Source: a bacterium (GTDB taxonomy: Bacteria; RBG-13-61-14; DATKZS01). From it: a stretch of 12,680 nucleotides of DNA. The stretch lies in assembly GCA_046484135.1 (NCBI GenBank), contig JAWOBU010000075.1:1-12680 (forward strand), written 5' to 3'. The stretch's first letter is position 1. Every line of letters starts with the position of its first letter. Both the position numbers and the translations under genes were made by a program. The notes under the pieces were generated by a model that was given only the letters and a program-made list of their open reading frames with translations, was not told the DNA's origin and searched no databases. Below, one piece after another: positions 8,758 through 12,680 of the stretch.

Positions 8758-10401
8758 ATGAAGAAACCGAAAAGCGCTCCCATATTCGACAACCGTGATT
8801 TCCCGATCAGCATCGTGCGCGTGTCCATCATGCGGGGCACGGGCGTTGACATCGAGGAGATGAAGGAAAAGCCCATGATCGGCGTGGTCAACTCCCAGAC
8901 CGACATAAACCCCGGCCACATGCACTTGAAGCAGTTGGGAGAACGGGTAAAAGAAGGGGTCCACGCCGGCGGCGGCATACCCTTCGAGTTTCACGTGCCC
9001 GCGCCTTGCGACGGCATCACTGAAGGACACGAGGCCATGCGCTATGTCCTGGCCCAGCGCGACCTGATCGCAGACACGGTCGAGACCCACGTGCGGAGCA
9101 TGTGTTACGACGGGCTGGTCATGATAGCTTCCTGTGACAAGATCATCCCGGGCATGCTCATGGCCGCGGCCCGGCTGGACCTGCCCACCATTTTTTTAAC
9201 CGGCGGCCCCAACTCCTGGCGCATCCGTTACCTCGCGGGCAGAAGGGAAAGCGTGGACCACAAGGACTACGACGAGCTGCCGCAGAAGATGGCCACTGCA
9301 ACCTGCTCCACCTGCGGCGCCTGCGAGATCATGGGCACAGCCAACACCTTCCAGTGCCTGGCGGAAGCTCTGGGAATGACCATACCCGGCTCGGCCAACG
9401 TGCCAGGATTCCTCTCCGAAAAGCTAACCTTTGCCAGGGACAGCGGAAAGCGGATCGTGCAAATGATCGAGGAAGAGCTTACCGCTACCAAAATTATGAA
9501 CAAGAACGCTGTCGAGAACGCTCTTATGGCGGACCTCGCCATCGGAGGATCAACCAACACCGCCCTCCATCTGCCCGCGCTCGCCCATGAGCTCGGTTTC
9601 GAGCTCGGACTGCATGACTTCAACCGGACCGGTAAAAAGATTCCCACCCTCTGTGCAATATCTCCAAACGGGCCTTACGGAGTGGTGGACCTGTTCTCCG
9701 CCGGAGGAGTGCCCGCGGTAATGAAGCGGCTCGAACAGGACATTCATCTCGACAGCATCACCGCGACCGGACAGACCTGGGAAGAAGTGCTCGAGCCGGT
9801 AGAAGTCATGGATGAAAAGATCATCACCTCCAAGGAAAAGCCCTTCCAGCCGGAAGGAGCTACTGTGGCCCTGTTTGGAAACTTGGCGCCGGAAGGAGCG
9901 GTGGTAAAGCAGTCCGCGGTCGTGCCCGAGATGCGAACTTTTACCGCGCCGGCCAAGGTCTACGAGTCAGAAGCAGACCTTTTAGAAGCCTTCCGCCTCG
10001 GCAACGTAAAAGAAGGCCAGGTCATCGTGATCAGGAACGAAGGACCCAAAGGCGCGCCCGGCATGCCCGAGACACTGGCGGTAACCATGGCTCTCGATAT
10101 GTCCGGCTTAAAGAACGTGGCCATGATAACGGACGGAAGGTTCTCAGGCGCTTCCTACGGACCCTGCGTGGGACACGTCTCGCCTGAGGCGCAGGCCGGC
10201 GGGCCCATTGCCGCAGTCCGCGACGGAGACGAGATCACCGTGGACATCGAAAACCGCAAGCTTTCCATAAACCTTTCCGACGACAAGATAAAAGAAAGGA
10301 TCAAGAGCTATGATCCGCCCAAACGCGAGATACCGCCGGGCTTCATGAGGCGCTACGTAAAGCTCGTAAGCTCGGCAGCCAAGGGAGCGGTGCTGGAATG
10401 A
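8758..10401 (+). CDS. ilvD: Dihydroxy-acid dehydratase (IlvD/Edd family Fe-S dehydratase), 547 aa
   Basis: Family motifs KPMIGVVNS, PGHMHL, CDGI, SCDKIIPG, CGAC..MGTANT, GGSTNTALHLPA, GNLAPEGAVVK, EGPKGAPGMPE, TDGRFSG and GHVSPEA. Family membership is secure, but the substrate (true IlvD or another acid dehydratase) is less so. Confidence 0.88.
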   Translation: MKKPKSAPIFDNRDFPISIVRVSIMRGTGVDIEEMKEKPMIGVVNSQTDINPGHMHLKQLGERVKEGVHAGGGIPFEFHVPAPCDGITEGHEAMRYVLAQRDLIADTVETHVRSMCYDGLVMIASCDKIIPGMLMAAARLDLPTIFLTGGPNSWRIRYLAGRRESVDHKDYDELPQKMATATCSTCGACEIMGTANTFQCLAEALGMTIPGSANVPGFLSEKLTFARDSGKRIVQMIEEELTATKIMNKNAVENALMADLAIGGSTNTALHLPALAHELGFELGLHDFNRTGKKIPTLCAISPNGPYGVVDLFSAGGVPAVMKRLEQDIHLDSITATGQTWEEVLEPVEVMDEKIITSKEKPFQPEGATVALFGNLAPEGAVVKQSAVVPEMRTFTAPAKVYESEADLLEAFRLGNVKEGQVIVIRNEGPKGAPGMPETLAVTMALDMSGLKNVAMITDGRFSGASYGPCVGHVSPEAQAGGPIAAVRDGDEITVDIENRKLSINLSDDKIKERIKSYDPPKREIPPGFMRRYVKLVSSAAKGAVLE

Positions 10402-10438
10402 CGGTTATCATCGCGCCGAGAAGAGAGATAAGATCGGC

Positions 10439-11068
10439 ATGAGCGAGGACCCGCGTAAGAGAAAGACCCGCGAGTGCCTGATGTGCGGACATTGTTGCGG
10501 GCCGTACTTCGCGCTTTACGTCGAGGAAGGGGACGAGAAAAGATGGCGTGAACAGGGCAGGCAGGACCTCTTGGATCGGCTGGCATGGGAGCGCGAGAGG
10601 GTCAGGTGGAACGAGCACTGGCCTTACGATGCAGTTACAGGCGAGCGCTTCGAAAGGTGCCATTACCTTGTGCGGCTCCCGGACGGCAGGGCGGTCTGCT
10701 CCATCCACAACACCAAGCCGGACATCTGCCGCGACTATCCGGCCGGGTCCTCCGAGATATGCATACTCCACAGAAAAAGAAAGGGGGCTCGCAAGAATCT
10801 GTGGGTGGAATATAAGCTGTTGCCTCCCTGCATCCTTGGATTTTTTCAGGCATTACTCCGGTGGCCCATAGCAGTAAAAAAGGCGGCTGCCGACTTTTAT
10901 ATCAACAGGAGCCACCGGCGCCATGGGCGCACCGTCGGTCCCGTCTGCGTGCGGAACGCACAGGCAGGCTGGATATCCCTTGTCAAGTTGCGTCCCTGCC
11001 TGCGCCGCACGCGCGGCAGGCAGGCCCGCCGAGCTGGACTTAAACTTCGAGAGGCAGGAGCATCTTAA
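10439..11068 (+). CDS. YkgJ-family cysteine-cluster (CxxCxxCC, putative Zn/Fe-chelating) protein. Only the first ~110 aa look like real protein.
   Basis: CLMCGHCC, CHYL and CSIHNTKPDICRDYP match the YkgJ/CxxCxxCC pattern (domain spans ~10439-10775). The remaining ~95 codons to TAA 11066-11068 run through inverted-repeat DNA and do not look like a folded domain. Confidence 0.8.
   Translation: MSEDPRKRKTRECLMCGHCCGPYFALYVEEGDEKRWREQGRQDLLDRLAWERERVRWNEHWPYDAVTGERFERCHYLVRLPDGRAVCSIHNTKPDICRDYPAGSSEICILHRKRKGARKNLWVEYKLLPPCILGFFQALLRWPIAVKKAAADFYINRSHRRHGRTVGPVCVRNAQAGWISLVKLRPCLRRTRGRQARRAGLKLREAGAS
10940..10968. repeat. Short REP-like bulged palindrome, copy 1
   Basis: CCCGTCT-GC-GTGCG-GAA-CGCAC-AGGCAGG: imperfect 7-bp outer stem, 2-nt GC bulge and 5-bp inner stem. 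Confidence 0.7.
10995..11024. repeat. Short REP-like bulged palindrome, copy 2
   Basis: CCTGCCT-GC-GCCGC-ACGC-GCGGC-AGGCAGG: perfect 7-bp outer stem, 2-nt GC bulge and 5-bp inner stem. Confidence 0.8.
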
Positions 11069-11295
11069 GCTTCCAGGTTCTACGTATTTTAGTGTGGGTG
11101 GATAGAAAAAGATGCGTTTATCGCTTGCAGGGCTTCCAGCGGGAACAGGGAAAAGACCGGAACTGGCCCGGCCTCTCCCCGCTGGCAGCCGAGAAAGCGG
11201 AAAACGCAAAACAGCCTTTATAATCATAAGGAAAGCCCCGATGCCGGTAATAGAAATTCTCTTGTTACCCACCCTTAAATACGTTGATCCAGCTT
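11067..11295. repeat. Nested imperfect inverted repeats able to fold into a ~230-nt rod
   Basis: 11076-11099 / 11267-11290 (20/24 complementary); 11113-11126 / 11195-11208 (12/14); 11131-11149 / 11172-11190 (16/19); AAGCT 11067-11071 / AGCTT 11291-11295; CCGG 11157-11160 / CCGG 11168-11171. Confidence 0.88.
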
Positions 11296-11353
11296 TTACA
11301 AGTAACAATGTCAATCCCATGGGCCACCGGAGCCATGCCTCCATCCCTGGGGG

Positions 11354-11380
11354 GCCGGGGGACTGGTCCCCCGGCTTGTT
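11354..11380. terminator. GC-rich perfect hairpin: possible (bidirectional) terminator or element-end hairpin
   Basis: GCCGGGGGA-CTGG-TCCCCCGGC (11354-11375) is followed by only TTGTT on the + strand and lies between convergent genes. The hairpin is certain. Terminator function is not, because the U-tract is poor. Confidence 0.45.
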
Positions 11381-11499
11381 GAAAGATCATATTGTCAAGA
11401 TAATTGGTTACTGAGAAGTCTGTTTCACCCGCAGATTTTCATCAGGAGCCAAAAGAAAAACAGCCTGCTCAGAAGCATAGTCAAGAACTTTACAAGGCA

Positions 11500-12680
11500 T
11501 CAGATATGTTCAACACATTCGGTGATGATTTTCCACATCCGCTCCGACCAGTCATCATGCTCGGGCTTCATAAGGCACGACCGGAGGCAGGTAACATGTT
11601 CGAGGTCAAAACGGACTCCGGGCCATACCTTCTTTAACAATGCCGCTGGATACTTGAACACTGCCAGGTGCAGGCCATTGTCCGCGGCCTTCTCAAAGAG
11701 CCGTTCCGAACGTGCCGAGATCTCGCTTGCGCTTTCTCCAGCGGGCGCCCACACCATGATGTCCAGCTCCGGACGCATGATTGAAAAGAACCGCTCATCC
11801 GAAGATACCTTGTCAAAGAGTCCGAGCGCGGCCTGCCGGGACCTGGACAAACCGCGCGCGAACTCTCCGTTCCTTTTTAAAGGCAATAGCCGCTGGGTCG
11901 CCCATAAAGCGACTGCCGCGGCCCCCGGCCTGGAGCACTCCAGGCTGATCTCGCCGAGATGGAGCTCTTTCGATGTGAAGTAAGTGTAGGGGGAGTCGTG
12001 CTTGTAAAACTTTCCGACCGCCGGGTCTTTGAAAAGCACGGAGCCGCAGCCGTAGGGTTGCAGTCCGTGTTTGTGCGGATCAATTACCATGGAGTCGGTA
12101 TGCGGCAGGCAATCATAAGCGTTACGGGTTTCCGGGTCGAGGTTGTCAACCAGGGTGAAGTATCCGCCGTAAGCCGCGTCAGCGTGAAGCCGGAAGCCGT
12201 GCCGCTCCTGGAGCTCGATGATATCGGGCAACGGATCAACCGAGCCGGTGCCTGTAGTGCCGATGGTGGCAACCACAGTGCCAACGTCTTCTCTCGCCAG
12301 GACACGACGGAGGGCATTCACATCCATCCGGGCTTTTGCGTCGCACGGGACCGGCTGAAAATCCAGGCCCAGTACGTCAGAAAGCCTGGCGTGCGTGTAA
12401 TGGGCCTGTTCGGAAGCCACGATCTTTTTGCCCGGATTCAACTTGCCCGCGATCCACAAAGCTTCCAGGTTGGCCATGGTGCCGCCGCTGGTAAGGTGGC
12501 CCAGAAAGTTTTCCCACCCGAAAAGACCGGCGAGCTCTGCCACCGCTTCTTTTTCCAGTCGCGAGCTGGCAGGGCCGCCATCCAAAGCGTGGTTATTAGG
12601 GTTTATCCACATGGACAGCATGTATGCCGCCCGTGCCACCGGGTGCGGAGGTTTAATCATCTGGCCTGCATAATACGGAT
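11500..12680 (-). CDS. PLP-dependent amino-acid decarboxylase, group II (Pyridoxal_deC; tyrosine/aspartate/glutamate decarboxylase-like), 5'-truncated by window edge
   Basis: The frame stays open to the window edge (...PYYAGQMIKPPHP), so ATG 12660 is internal. Motifs are TSGGTMANLEALW, AHYT, TIGTTGTGSVD, HADAAYGG (PLP-binding Asp) and DPHK (Schiff-base Lys). Stop TGA at 11502-11500. Substrate cannot be determined from sequence. Confidence 0.92.
   Translation of the reverse strand, partial: PYYAGQMIKPPHPVARAAYMLSMWINPNNHALDGGPASSRLEKEAVAELAGLFGWENFLGHLTSGGTMANLEALWIAGKLNPGKKIVASEQAHYTHARLSDVLGLDFQPVPCDAKARMDVNALRRVLAREDVGTVVATIGTTGTGSVDPLPDIIELQERHGFRLHADAAYGGYFTLVDNLDPETRNAYDCLPHTDSMVIDPHKHGLQPYGCGSVLFKDPAVGKFYKHDSPYTYFTSKELHLGEISLECSRPGAAAVALWATQRLLPLKRNGEFARGLSRSRQAALGLFDKVSSDERFFSIMRPELDIMVWAPAGESASEISARSERLFEKAADNGLHLAVFKYPAALLKKVWPGVRFDLEHVTCLRSCLMKPEHDDWSERMWKIITECVEHI

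Larger units (their letters stand above)
10848..11340. repeat. Outer long-range inverted repeat (22-bp arms) enclosing ~450 bp
   Basis: AGGCATTACTCCGGTGGCCCAT (10848-10869) matches the reverse complement of ATGGGCCACCGGAGCCATGCCT (11319-11340) at 20/22, including a perfect 14-bp core (10856-10869 / 11319-11332). Confidence 0.9.

Noticed and set aside
10783..11250. tmRNA-like start (GGGGGCTC at 10783) and RNase P-like AGGAAAG (11229)
   Set aside because: The remaining conserved sequences (tmRNA T-arm/CCA end; RNase P GAGGAAAGTCC and its 3' P4 strand) are absent.
10848..11340. Retron msr-msd (a1/a2 repeats plus long stem), CRISPR array, integron attC or group II intron as the identity of the element
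   Set aside because: No reverse transcriptase, Cas or integrase gene is in the window. There is no regular repeat-spacer period, no convincing RYYYAAC/GTTRRRY pair bounding the stems, and no recognisable intron domain V.
10853..11344. 163-aa minus-strand ORF spanning the repeat element almost exactly, and the + strand ORF 11112-11414
   Set aside because: No recognisable domain. The peptides they share with opposite-strand ORFs (LRWP, PTLKYV) are by-products of the inverted repeats. A small coding role cannot be formally excluded.
10981..11398. Three perfect TTGACA hexamers on the - strand (10981-10986, 11309-11314, 11393-11398) and TATAAT on the + strand (11219-11224) as promoters
   Set aside because: None has a partner box at 16-18 nt spacing on the same strand.
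11208..11466. 10-bp direct repeat AAAACAGCCT (11208-11217, 11457-11466) as a target-site duplication
   Set aside because: It is A-rich and does not coincide with any boundary of the inverted-repeat structure, so it is plausibly chance.
11451..11477. Terminator for the decarboxylase on the - strand (TGCT-TCTG-AGCA then a T-rich tract)
   Set aside because: The stem is only 4 bp and is separated from the T-tract by 5 nt, too weak to call.

Overview
Bacterial chromosomal window with moderately high GC. The + strand carries the 3' part of a sensor histidine kinase (1-612), a thioester-type alpha-2-macroglobulin (644-6283) directly followed by penicillin-binding protein 1C (6297-8642), and then, behind a good sigma70-like promoter, an IlvD/Edd-family dehydratase (8758-10401) and a YkgJ-like CxxCxxCC protein (from 10439). 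A group II PLP-dependent decarboxylase, truncated by the window edge, converges on the - strand (11500-12680). The alpha-2-macroglobulin/PBP1C pair is a known envelope-defence module. The least explained part is the ~600 bp between the convergent genes (~10770-11400). It contains nested long imperfect inverted repeats, reused motifs and two compact hairpins with the same architecture, and the YkgJ-like ORF reads through into it without a stop. It is a candidate structured ncRNA or non-autonomous mobile element that I cannot assign to a known family from sequence alone.
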